Position numbers and translations under genes: made by a program. This document shows positions 30,711 to 39,828 of a DNA stretch of 64,000 nt, piece by piece. How positions within the stretch are numbered: position 1 is the stretch's first letter; every line of letters begins with the position of its first letter. Under the pieces are notes generated by a model. The model was not told where the DNA came from. It saw nothing but the letters and a program-made list of their open reading frames with translations, and did no database searches. The stretch comes from an uncultured delta proteobacterium (GTDB lineage Bacteria; Desulfobacterota; Desulfobacteria; Desulfobacterales; UBA2156). The stretch lies in contig CAVTQK010000021.1 in assembly GCA_963736855.1 (NCBI GenBank), forward strand, positions 224,001-288,000, given 5' to 3'.

Positions 30711-31901
30711 CTATCTATCGCATTCTCCGCCGATCATGTTGATCATGTCGAATGTGGGGACGATATCGGCGATCAGCCTCCCCTTCATCAGCCTGGGCAT
30801 GGCGGCGGTGAGGGCAAAACAAGGCGGTCTTACCCGGCATTTGTAGGGCTTCCCGCTGCCATCGCTCACAAGATAGAATCCGAGTTCGCCGTTGGCTCCT
30901 TCGACGGCCGCATAGACCTCGCCGGGAGGCGGCTTGATGCCATCGATAACAGTCTTGAAGTGAAAGATCAGGGAATCGATCCGATGGTAAATGTCTTCCT
31001 TGGGCTGCATCCGATATTGCGGCAGGTCGAGATTGATGGGTCCGTCAGGAAGTTGGCTCAAGGCCTGCTCGACAATCCGCATGCTCTGTTGGATCTCTTC
31101 CATTCGCACCAGGTACTTGTCGAAATTGTCGCCCTTCTCACCGATCGGGATCTCGAAATCCATCCGATCGTAAACCAGGTACGGCTGCGCCCTGCGCACA
31201 TCGTAAGGGACCCCGCAGGCCCGCAGGCAGGGGCCCGTAAATCCATAAGCGATGGCTTCGTCCGCCGGAATGACCCCGACATCTCTCACCCGGTCGATGA
31301 AGATCCGGTTCTTGGTCAGGAGCTTGTCCACATCCTCCCACAAGCGCCGGCACTCCTTGAAGGCCAGCCGGGTCTTTTCCTGAAAGCCGTCGGGCAGATC
31401 ATTCTTGAGACCGCCGATCCGTACATAGTTGACGGTGACCCGCGCCCCACACAGCATCTCGATCAGGTCCCACACCAGTTCCCGCGCTTCCACAAAATAG
31501 AGGAAGGCGGTGAAGGCGCCGAGTTCGAGCCCGCTGGCGGCGACATTGGTTAAATGATCGGCGATCCGCGACAGCTCACAGGCGATCACCCGCAGATACT
31601 GGCACCGTTCCGGGACCTCAATGCCGATCAGCTTTTCCACCGCCAGCGCATAGCCCACGTTGTTGATCAGGGGCGATACGTAATTCAGCCGGTCGGTGTA
31701 AGGGATCACCTGCTGCCAGGTGCCGTTCTCGCACATCTTCTCGAACCCCCGGTGGAGGTACCCGATGTCCACCTTGAGATCGACGATGGTCTCCCCGTCG
31801 AGGGTCGCCAGGAACTTCACTGTGCCATGGGTCACCGGATGCGACGGACCCATGTTGATCACCATGTGTTCGGTGTGCAGATCTTTGGCTAAATCGGACA
31901 T
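30711..31901 (-). CDS. nuoD: NADH-quinone oxidoreductase subunit D
   Basis: NMGPSHPVTHG, GYLHRGFEK, DRLNY, ends GECDR; no CxxC NiFe motifs. Confidence 0.95.
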   Translation of the reverse strand: MSDLAKDLHTEHMVINMGPSHPVTHGTVKFLATLDGETIVDLKVDIGYLHRGFEKMCENGTWQQVIPYTDRLNYVSPLINNVGYALAVEKLIGIEVPERCQYLRVIACELSRIADHLTNVAASGLELGAFTAFLYFVEARELVWDLIEMLCGARVTVNYVRIGGLKNDLPDGFQEKTRLAFKECRRLWEDVDKLLTKNRIFIDRVRDVGVIPADEAIAYGFTGPCLRACGVPYDVRRAQPYLVYDRMDFEIPIGEKGDNFDKYLVRMEEIQQSMRIVEQALSQLPDGPINLDLPQYRMQPKEDIYHRIDSLIFHFKTVIDGIKPPPGEVYAAVEGANGELGFYLVSDGSGKPYKCRVRPPCFALTAAMPRLMKGRLIADIVPTFDMINMIGGECDR

Positions 31902-31925
31902 GTCTCGAAACGACCCGTTGGAGTG

Positions 31926-32408
31926 TTAATTAACCGGCCCGATTAAGGGCTGCCTCTTTTTAATGGGATAGTCCTTCCGCAAGGGATGCCCCTCGAAGCC
32001 TTCGTAAAGAAGAATCCTCCTCAGCTCCGGATGCCCCTTGAAGGTGATCCCGTACATATCGAACACTTCCCGTTCGAACCAATCGGCGGCGACCCAGACG
32101 GAAACAATGGAGTCGATCGTGCAATCGGACTCGGAAACCCCCGCCTTGATCCGCACCCGTCGGTTATGTTTCAAGGAATACATATGGTAGACGACTTCGA
32201 ACCGAGGCTCTCTGCCCAGGTAATCCACCGCCGTTAGATCCATCATGAAGTTGTAAAGAAGCTCTTCATCATCCCTCAGGAACATGCAGATTTCGAGGAT
32301 ATCTTGCTTCTTTACAATCGCGGTGTCGTCGCCTCGATAGGACCGGGTTTCCAGGATCGAGCCGGAAAACCGTTGTGCCAGCTTTTTAAGGGTCACGCTT
32401 GCATCCAT
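31926..32408 (-). CDS. nuoC: NADH-quinone oxidoreductase subunit C
   Basis: DLTAVD, RFEVVY, WFEREVFDMYGI, GHPLRKDYP. Confidence 0.95.
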   Translation of the reverse strand: MDASVTLKKLAQRFSGSILETRSYRGDDTAIVKKQDILEICMFLRDDEELLYNFMMDLTAVDYLGREPRFEVVYHMYSLKHNRRVRIKAGVSESDCTIDSIVSVWVAADWFEREVFDMYGITFKGHPELRRILLYEGFEGHPLRKDYPIKKRQPLIGPVN

Positions 32409-32429
32409 GAACGAAAACTTCCTAAGGGT

Positions 32430-33014
32430 TCATTCCTGCTTCTTCAACATCGAAGTCACCGGCGCCGCACCGCGCGGCCAATCGGACCAGCGTTCCTTGG
32501 CGACCTTCTCCTGCAGCGTCAGCAGGCCGTCCAGCACCATTTCCGGCCGCGGCGGACAACCCGGCACATACACGTCCACCGGAATCAAGGTATCGATCCC
32601 CTGCACCACCGAGTAATTGTCGTAAAATCCACCGGATATCGCGCATACTCCAAACGCGAACACCCATTTCGGCTCGGCCATCTGATTGTACACCTTGACC
32701 AGAATAGGAGCCTGCTTGTGACTGATCGTGCCGACCACCATCAGCAGGTCGGCCTGGCGCGGAGAAAACCGCGGCAATGCGGCGCCAAAACGGTCCAGGT
32801 CGTACTTGGGGCCGGCCACGGACATGAATTCCATGCCGCAACAGGCCGTCACAAAAGGATAAAGGAAGAAGGAATACTTTCTGCTCCAATTGACGGCGGC
32901 CTGCAGTTTGGTCAGAACCACGCTGCCGTCCAAAAGCCGTTCGGGGCCGGCCGAAGCGGACCCGCTTGGGATGGCCTTCTGAGAGGCGCCACTTTTTCCC
33001 AGCGTTATTCCCAT
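32430..33014 (-). CDS. nuoB: NADH-quinone oxidoreductase subunit B
   Basis: TACCGME, YDLDRFG, SPRQAD, VDVYVPGCPPRPE. Confidence 0.95.
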   Translation of the reverse strand: MGITLGKSGASQKAIPSGSASAGPERLLDGSVVLTKLQAAVNWSRKYSFFLYPFVTACCGMEFMSVAGPKYDLDRFGAALPRFSPRQADLLMVVGTISHKQAPILVKVYNQMAEPKWVFAFGVCAISGGFYDNYSVVQGIDTLIPVDVYVPGCPPRPEMVLDGLLTLQEKVAKERWSDWPRGAAPVTSMLKKQE

Positions 33015-33358
33015 TCCAACGCCCCCCTTCTCCACACGTAAATCAAGCCGATCGTCAGAATGAAGATGAATATCATCATTTCAACGAAGCCGAACCAGCC
33101 GAGATTTTTGAACAGCACCGCCCACGGATAGACGAAAACTGCTTCAATATCGAAGATGACGAAGAACAGCGCCACCAGATAAAATTTTACCGAAAACCGC
33201 TGCTTCGAAGAAACGATCGGACTCTCCCCGCATTCAAAAGGCTCCATCTTGTCTGCGAATTTCTTCTTGGGGCCAATCAGGGAGGTGGCTACAATCATTC
33301 CCGCAGCCGTCGCCGCCGCCAGGAACAACATGATCAAGACAGGTATATATTCGCTCAT
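33005..33358 (-). CDS. nuoA: NADH-quinone oxidoreductase subunit A
   Basis: PFECG, FYLVALFFVIFDIE, PWA, GALEWE. Confidence 0.95.
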   Translation of the reverse strand: MSEYIPVLIMLFLAAATAAGMIVATSLIGPKKKFADKMEPFECGESPIVSSKQRFSVKFYLVALFFVIFDIEAVFVYPWAVLFKNLGWFGFVEMMIFIFILTIGLIYVWRRGALEWE

Positions 33359-33603
33359 TCCCTCAATCCGATTTCGAGCTCTTCCCGGTTATATCGATCA
33401 TCATCCCGCGTCTATTTGGACCGCCATGCTACCTTCTCAAGCAAACCCTGCAACTGAGTTACACCCACCATCGACACCAGCAACTCAGTATCCGGAAGCT
33501 TTTCCTCCATTCACAGCAGCAACACCAGGGAACCAGTCGCCCAACGCCATCAACAAAAACTCATTTCGTGATGCGTGCCATATACCGGGCATCGGGACCA
33601 TGG

Positions 33604-33621
33604 TCAAGAAATATTTCACGA
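33604..33621. promoter_or_regulatory. Rex-like operator palindrome upstream of nuoA
   Basis: TCAAGAAATATTTCACGA (14/18 palindromic) resembles TTGTGAA-N4-TTCACAA; weaker related copy at ~33674-33691. Confidence 0.45.
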
Positions 33622-33731
33622 TCACCGGTGCAAAAAAATACCACTTTCCGGTCCCCCGATCTTGACCATCCGTGTATGAAATTTTCTCCGATCACGGCTT
33701 GAGATCCTTGTTATAAAGGCACGCTTTAAGG

Positions 33732-33868
33732 GGTCAGCGGTTGCCTGAGGGCTTGATTGTGGTCCGGCTGTTCGCTTGCCCTAATGTATTAGGAACGGTG
33801 CTTCGCCCTCGACAACGGTCAGACCGATAGCACCCACTTCCGTGGTTGTCAACAATGAACATGCGTCC
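33732..33868 (-). promoter_or_regulatory. Duplicated promoter + structured 5'-leader element, copy 2 (before nuo operon)
   Basis: Near-identical to 18361-18496; same orientation relative to the downstream operon. Confidence 0.75.
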
Positions 33869-33938
33869 TGTAGAGAACAAATAAGCTATCCGGATTTATA
33901 ACGCATAAACTGTCCGGTTCATGAAGTCACCGATGAGG

Positions 33939-34508
33939 TCACAGATACTTCTTTCCGACCTCAAACGCTTTTCCAATGAATGCTCCAATACCATTATAAC
34001 GCTGGCCCTCAGGGCTATAGACAATGGGTTGAATTTTATTGATATCCGGCTTCCCATCATCACCGAGCATGCTTTCATCTACCTTAACATCTAAAATCTC
34101 GCCCACGAAGTGGGTGTGTAACCCGATTTCATAGTGATGAATCACCCTGCATTCTAAAATCATCGGAAATTCCCCCACATATGGTGCATCGACCATCTCA
34201 GATTTGACCGGTGTGAGACCGGTTTTCTTGAATTTATCCTCATTCCGGCCAGATGCCATACCAAAATAATCAGCTTCATGAATATATTGGACTGAAGGAA
34301 CACTCAATGTGTATGCCTGTTTATTTATGATATTGCCATAGGTATAGGTGGCTTTGCGAAGGGAAATGGTTACACATGGCGGTTTGGAACAACAAATGCC
34401 TCCCCACGCAATGGTCATTACGTTGGGATTGCCGCCGGTGTTGTAAGAGCCCACGCACCAGACTGGTGTGGGAAAGATGAGCGTTTTTGCTCCAAATGAT
34501 TTTTTCAT
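33939..34508 (-). CDS. Flavin reductase-like (flavoredoxin) family protein
   Basis: PTPV, NVMTIAWGG, ADYFGMASGR..DKF, APYVGEFP..LEC, HTHFVGEI. Confidence 0.9.
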   Translation of the reverse strand: MKKSFGAKTLIFPTPVWCVGSYNTGGNPNVMTIAWGGICCSKPPCVTISLRKATYTYGNIINKQAYTLSVPSVQYIHEADYFGMASGRNEDKFKKTGLTPVKSEMVDAPYVGEFPMILECRVIHHYEIGLHTHFVGEILDVKVDESMLGDDGKPDINKIQPIVYSPEGQRYNGIGAFIGKAFEVGKKYL

Positions 34509-34599
34509 GTGGTTCCATCCTTTTTGGATAATGCAATTGATGTTTAAAGTAAAAACATATTATAAAGTCGGAGTCATAAATTTCAATCATGCAGAGTTT

Positions 34600-34752
34600 G
34601 ATGAACTCGTAAAAAGTCGAAAATCAGATTGCAAAGTAAAAAGTTCAAGTTCAAGGCGTCGCGAATCCCGTGTGATGAGTCGTACTTATCGTACGTCGAA
34701 ATCGCAATGGGATGAAGCGCAACGCAGAAATTGGACTTTTTACGAAGCCATC
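34600..34752. mobile_element. MITE-like element with 19-bp TIRs and 7-bp target-site duplication
   Basis: GATGAACTCGTAAAAAGTC / GACTTTTTACGAAGCCATC (16/19), flanked on both sides by AGAGTTT. Confidence 0.8.
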
Positions 34753-35240
34753 AGAGTTTGAAAATTCAAAATCCGGACAAAGTTTAACCCAGGTATCGAA
34801 TTTTCAAAATGAGCTTGATAATCATAAGAATACAAAGCCAAGCAGGTGTGGACCCTTTTGGCGACGATTATTTTTCCCGGCTCTTTTTTATGGCGGCAAA
34901 GATATTTTGAAAGGTGCCGACCACGGCAAAAGCCAGCACGCCGAAGATTGCAGCTTTGATAATCCAATCGGATATGCTCATGTTTGAAAAATCCATAAAG
35001 TTGCTTCCTTTTCAAATCAAAGCCGCTGGTTCCTGCCCGTCAATCTCAAACGCCTTTTTCGCCGTAGGACGACGAATTACTATGGAGCATGTTTTGTGGG
35101 AATGGTTTTACCTTTTGACTCATATCCTTTATATCATAGGCGTTCCTTCACCGGAATTATTATTCGCTGATCTTTACCCTGCTGTTGCAAAAACCGAGGA
35201 TGCCCCAGATCCAATGCGTCCAAGGGCGAAGCCGTAGTAT

Positions 35241-35600
35241 TTACTCCTGCTTGGCAGGGGCCTGTTTCTTTTCTTTGGACTTTTTCTCTTTCTTTACGGT
35301 TTTGGCAGCGGCTTTTTTAGCGGTGGGGGCCTCGACCGGTTCGCTGGCCTGCTTTTTCTTAGCGGCCGCCTTTTCCTCTTTGTGTTGCAGCTTCTGGGCG
35401 ATGAGCTTTTCCTGGGCCGTCACCTGTGTCAGCCGACGATTGGCCTTGCGAATATCGGCTTTCAGTTTTCTGACCAGCACATCCTTTTCAATCGTTGGCT
35501 GGCCAGCGCCTTGAGTTTTAAGCAGGGCGATGCGGGCGGCAAGGTTCTGCTGTGCAACTTGTTTGTGGTGTTCTTCATACAGTTTAGCTTTAAGGTTCAT
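35241..35600 (-). CDS. Lys/Ala-rich basic hypothetical protein
   Basis: AAGGAG before ATG 35600; coiled-coil-like then histone-like KA-rich tail. Confidence 0.7.
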   Translation of the reverse strand: MNLKAKLYEEHHKQVAQQNLAARIALLKTQGAGQPTIEKDVLVRKLKADIRKANRRLTQVTAQEKLIAQKLQHKEEKAAAKKKQASEPVEAPTAKKAAAKTVKKEKKSKEKKQAPAKQE

Positions 35601-35734
35601 TGTATTCTCCTTAAGGTATCTGAGCGGCATCTTGTTGAAAAGATTGTCGATATACTAAACCGGCCATTTATTCTTGTCAATGGCTATCCGGCGGGGGCGG
35701 AAGGGCTCAATCGGTTGACGCCCAGCATTGTTTT

Positions 35735-36127
35735 TTAAATCTCATCTTTCATCTTTTTTATCAGCGCCTCTAACTCCGCCAAGGGTTTGTGATCGAAAGA
35801 TAACGGCTGTTCGCGGTCCGATGAGGATGTATCGTAGGCATCTGCCACTGCCTGGCGGGCATGTTCGTTGTCGTGGCAGTAAAGGCAAAGCAACTCCCAG
35901 TTGCTGCCGTCGGGAGGGTTGTTGTCATGGTTGTGATCTTTGTGGTGCACCGTGAGCTCGCGCAACCGTTTGCCCGAAAATTCCCGACCGCAACGAGCGC
36001 AGATCGACGGGAACAGTTTCAGTGCCCGTTCCCGATAGCTCTTTTCCTGTTGTTCCCTGTGGCGTCGTGCCTCGGCAACGATTTGGTCTAGTCGCTGGCC
36101 ATCGGATGATCTCTTTTTGGGGTGCAT
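35735..36127 (-). CDS. yajD: YajD-family HNH nuclease
   Basis: YRERALK..CARCGREF, LTVHHKDHNHDNNPPDGSNWELLCLYCHDNEH. Confidence 0.88.
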   Translation of the reverse strand: MHPKKRSSDGQRLDQIVAEARRHREQQEKSYRERALKLFPSICARCGREFSGKRLRELTVHHKDHNHDNNPPDGSNWELLCLYCHDNEHARQAVADAYDTSSSDREQPLSFDHKPLAELEALIKKMKDEI

Positions 36128-36379
36128 TGAATTCTCCTACATGGATGATTGTGCGCCTTCTGCTGGTTACTCCCGGTGCTTGTGGTCCCTTTGTTTAACT
36201 CAGCTTCGGCAGTTTCGTGTATGTTTCCTTGTGCTGGGTTATCAACCCGTTGATGTTGTCGGATTCGTTTTTAGACCCATCAGCGACTCTTTATGATCGA
36301 AAGCTCTCATCCGGCTTGAGTCGATGAGAGGATGGTAAAGCCTGAATCCAAAAGCAGTCTACGGCATCGCCACGAAGGC

Positions 36380-38353
36380 CTATTCAAGCGAATCCTTTCG
36401 GAATTTCTGAGAGATGATCGTTGCAATTATCAGGGTGATGCCGATGGCATCGTAGAGTGCAGCAGGGTAGATCAGCAGAAGGCCGCCGGCGATCAGCATG
36501 AGACGCTCGTATAGGGTGGTTCTTTTGAAGAGCCAGTTTTCCACCCCTCCGGCCAGTGCCGTAAGTCCAATGAAGGAGGTCACCACGGTCCAGACCACAT
36601 CCAAAGGTTGACCCTTGAGAAGCAGGCCGACGCCTTTGGGGTCCAGGGTGAACATGAAGGGGACCACAAAGGCAGGAAGGGTGTATTTCCAGGCATAGAT
36701 GGTCGTCTTGTATGGATTCCCACCTGTCAGAGCCGCTGCCGCGAAACAGGAAAGGGCTGTGGGAGGAGAAACCTCGGAAAGGATGGCATAATAGAAAACA
36801 AACATGTGGGCAGCATAATCCGGAACTCCGAGAAGAATGAGGGCCGGAGCAGCGATGACCGCGGAGATAATATAGGAGGCCGTTACCGGGACAGCCAGCC
36901 CGATGACCCAGACGATCAGTGCCGTATAGATCGCGGTCAGGAGGAGGCTTCCTCCTGCGTAGGAAATAATGATGGAACTGAACTTCAGGCCCAAACCGGT
37001 TAATGTGACCACCCCCACGATAATCCCGGCCGCGGCGCAGGTCGAGGCCACGCTGAGAACCCCGATGGATCCTCCTCTCAAAGCCCGAATGAGTTTTCTT
37101 GGGTAAAGGGCCGTGTCTTTTCGGATGAAACTTGCGGCAAAGGCAATGACGGTAGCCCAGAAAACCGCCAAAATAGGCGTATACCCCACCAGCATGATGA
37201 CCACAATCGCGATCAAGGACAGGAAATGGAAGCCATAGAGATAGGTAAGCCGACCGATCGTATAGGTCTTGTCAAAGGTTACCTGCTTAGCCCCAAACTT
37301 CTTGGCATCCAGCTCCACCATGAGAAAGATGGACCAATAGTAGAGGCAGGTCGGGATCGTTGCCATGAGGATGACATCCAGGTAGGTGAGCTTGAGGAAC
37401 TCGGCAATGAGAAAAGCGGCTGCGCCGAGAACAGGAGGGGAGAGGATGGCCCCGATGCCGCCCGCAGCAAGGAGACCTCCTGCGGCATCCTTACTGTAGC
37501 CCGCCTTGGCGAGCATGGGGTAGGCCACCGATCCCAAGGTCACTGTGGTCGCTACGCCGCTCCCGGAAGGGCCGCCCAGAAGAAAAGAGGCGAGGGTAAC
37601 GGTTCGCCCCGCGCTGCTCGGCTTTCCGCCCATGGCGGCAAGGGAGAAATCGATGAAGAATTTTCCGGCTCCGGAGAACTCCAGGAAAGCTCCGTAAATG
37701 GTGAAAAGGATGATAAATGTGGATGAGACGTCAATGGGAACACCGAAGATGCCCTCGAGGGTCATGTACATGTGCCCTACGATGCGGCCGATATCATAAC
37801 CCCGGTGGGTCCAGGGTTTCGGCAGTTCCTGCCCGACCATGGCGTAAACCAAAAAGGCGATGACGATGGCCGGCATGATCCAACCCGAAGTTCTCCGGGT
37901 TGCTTCGAGTACCAACAGAATGAGAATGATCCCGAAAAACTGGTCCCAGAAGGTGGGCACGACCGAGCGGTAAATAAAGTCCTCGAAATCAACAAGCATG
38001 TAAGCGACGACGGCGATGCCGAGGATGGAGAGGAGAACATCAATCCAGAGGATGCGGTTCTTCAGGCCTTTCATGGAAGGAAAGACCAAGAAGGTCAGGA
38101 AGAGGACAAACATGACATGGATGCCCCTGAGAATCTGGGTCATCACGATGCCCGCAGCCGCGTAGAGGTGAAAGAGGGACATCCCGACCGCTACCGCCGT
38201 GACGAAGAGGTCCGTTTTCCCCGACAATCTTCGGGATGGGCCCTCTTCTTCCTCAATGTATTTTTCCGCTTTCTTCAGGGCATCTTCTGATATGATCTCT
38301 TCCTCAGAGTCGGTCTTCCGCTTTTCTTCCACCGCTCTTCCCCTTTTTATCAC
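36380..38353 (-). CDS. TRAP transporter 4TM/12TM fused permease
   Basis: LEATRR, EGIFGVP, SGSGVATTV, PPVLGAAAF, SEVSPP. Confidence 0.93.
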   Translation of the reverse strand: MIKRGRAVEEKRKTDSEEEIISEDALKKAEKYIEEEEGPSRRLSGKTDLFVTAVAVGMSLFHLYAAAGIVMTQILRGIHVMFVLFLTFLVFPSMKGLKNRILWIDVLLSILGIAVVAYMLVDFEDFIYRSVVPTFWDQFFGIILILLVLEATRRTSGWIMPAIVIAFLVYAMVGQELPKPWTHRGYDIGRIVGHMYMTLEGIFGVPIDVSSTFIILFTIYGAFLEFSGAGKFFIDFSLAAMGGKPSSAGRTVTLASFLLGGPSGSGVATTVTLGSVAYPMLAKAGYSKDAAGGLLAAGGIGAILSPPVLGAAAFLIAEFLKLTYLDVILMATIPTCLYYWSIFLMVELDAKKFGAKQVTFDKTYTIGRLTYLYGFHFLSLIAIVVIMLVGYTPILAVFWATVIAFAASFIRKDTALYPRKLIRALRGGSIGVLSVASTCAAAGIIVGVVTLTGLGLKFSSIIISYAGGSLLLTAIYTALIVWVIGLAVPVTASYIISAVIAAPALILLGVPDYAAHMFVFYYAILSEVSPPTALSCFAAAALTGGNPYKTTIYAWKYTLPAFVVPFMFTLDPKGVGLLLKGQPLDVVWTVVTSFIGLTALAGGVENWLFKRTTLYERLMLIAGGLLLIYPAALYDAIGITLIIATIISQKFRKDSLE

Positions 38354-38868
38354 GGCTTCTTTATGGATGCATCGAGGTCCTGGCGGCGAAATATTCCGGA
38401 TCGAAGAAAGAATGCGAGCGAAACATCCTCCACACAGATCTGAATCCGATCTCCCCGGTTTCCCAGGGCGTGCAAGTCGATAATTTTATCGCCGATCCTG
38501 AGACTTTGATCTTGTCTCATACTTGCTTTAATCCAAAAAGCCTGCCCTAAATTTCTGTTCATGGTTTGAACCGGTCCGGAGCCATCAAAACCGTAATACT
38601 CCATCACGGCAGGAGAAGCGGTTCTCACCGCCTTCAGAACAATGTCGCCTTTCTTCACTTCGAATACTTCTTCGACGGGAGCGTTGTATATGGAGTTGGT
38701 GTAGCACAGGGTCATCTGCTCTGAAGGGGCCACGTTAAAATAAAAGGAATTCCGATCATCCGGATTTCTCAAGGCAAGAACCGTGATGGTCTTTGAAAAA
38801 AGAAAAACCCCTCCCGCTGCGATCAAGAAGACTATCCACGCGAAGAGGGGCCGGATTTTCTTTTTCAA
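38350..38868 (-). CDS. DUF1850-like TAXI-TRAP associated protein
   Basis: Between TAXI and permease; N-terminal TM, YTNSIYNAPVEE. Confidence 0.7.
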   Translation of the reverse strand: MKKKIRPLFAWIVFLIAAGGVFLFSKTITVLALRNPDDRNSFYFNVAPSEQMTLCYTNSIYNAPVEEVFEVKKGDIVLKAVRTASPAVMEYYGFDGSGPVQTMNRNLGQAFWIKASMRQDQSLRIGDKIIDLHALGNRGDRIQICVEDVSLAFFLRSGIFRRQDLDASIKKP

Positions 38869-39828
38869 TTACTTCAGGTTCAGTCCTTTCTCTTTGAAAT
38901 ACTTGATTGCACCAGGATGGAAGGGAAGGGGTGATCCGTCCACCTGGGGCTCCAATGCGAGCTCCTCAGCCATTCTGTGAACCGCCACCAGTTCCGGTTT
39001 GTGCTCAAAAAGAGTCTTCACGATGTCATAGGCGACCGTGTCCTTCATGTCTTTGTTGCAGATGAGCAGGTTCGACACCCGGGCGATGCTCACGTCCTGA
39101 TCTTGGCCCGGATACATCTTGGCCGGGATAACACCCTTGAAATAGAGGGGCCCGTATTTCTCTGTCATTTTAGGGACGGCGTCCGCATGGGATATAAGTT
39201 TGATTTTGACGCCGGGCGTGGCGCCGAGGTCGGTTACCGAAGCGGTCGGCAGACCCCCGTCCCAGAAATAGGCATCAATTTTGCCGTCCTTGAGCGCACC
39301 CGCAGACTCCGAAGCACCCAATCGATCCCGGGTCATGTCTTTATCGGGATCAAGGCCGTAGGCTTCGAGAACTCTGAGGGCCTTCACCTCTGTTCCACTT
39401 CCCGGGGAGCCTGTAGAAACCCTCTTGCCTTTCAGGTCTGGGACCTTGTCGATCCCCTTTCCTTGGAGAGTAACGACGTGCATGTTGTTGATATAGAGCA
39501 CGGCAAGAGTCATGATGGGAAGCTTTTCCTTGAACTTTCCTTTTCCCTCAAGGGCGTCCCATCCGACGTCGGCCATAATAAGAGCCATGTCGGCTTTCTT
39601 GGCACCCACCAGGAGGCAGTTGTCCACTGACGCCGACGTCACCTCTGCCGTCGCCTCGGCGTATGGAATGTGTTTTGAGATGATATTGGCCATCCCGCCA
39701 CCCATGGGGTAGTACACGCCGCCCGTACCGCCGGTGGCAATGGAAAGGCGGACCTGCTTTTGGGCAAAGGCAATGGAAACACAGAGCACCAAGAAAAAGG
39801 TCAATCCGACAGTGGCCACGCGCTTCAT
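38869..39828 (-). CDS. TAXI family TRAP solute-binding protein
   Basis: Signal peptide; IATGGTGGVYY, SASVDN, GSPGSGTE, PFHPGA. Confidence 0.93.
   Translation of the reverse strand: MKRVATVGLTFFLVLCVSIAFAQKQVRLSIATGGTGGVYYPMGGGMANIISKHIPYAEATAEVTSASVDNCLLVGAKKADMALIMADVGWDALEGKGKFKEKLPIMTLAVLYINNMHVVTLQGKGIDKVPDLKGKRVSTGSPGSGTEVKALRVLEAYGLDPDKDMTRDRLGASESAGALKDGKIDAYFWDGGLPTASVTDLGATPGVKIKLISHADAVPKMTEKYGPLYFKGVIPAKMYPGQDQDVSIARVSNLLICNKDMKDTVAYDIVKTLFEHKPELVAVHRMAEELALEPQVDGSPLPFHPGAIKYFKEKGLNLK

Noticed and set aside
30711..33014. Group 4 NiFe hydrogenase (formate hydrogenlyase)
   Set aside because: The large subunit lacks both CxxC nickel motifs, the small subunit has the complex I CC motif, and nuoA/J are present.
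21937..33041. Long plus-strand ORFs antisense to nuo genes (e.g. 21937-22890, 29893-30846) and 42400-43269
   Set aside because: Shadow ORFs of GC-rich coding strands with no recognisable motifs.
33563..33579. Sigma54 promoter (TGGCACG on minus strand)
   Set aside because: The -12 position reads ACGA rather than TTGC.
33732..33830. Duplicated element as a glycine, Moco, c-di-GMP riboswitch or 6S RNA
   Set aside because: CUCAGG and GAAG recall glycine aptamer P3, but the GGAGA/P2 and CCGAAG arrangement is missing. Moco and GEMM consensus motifs are absent, and it is too short for 6S.
34712..35237. Short ORFs between the MITE and the Lys-rich gene
   Set aside because: No motif, clear RBS or other support; some overlap the repeat.
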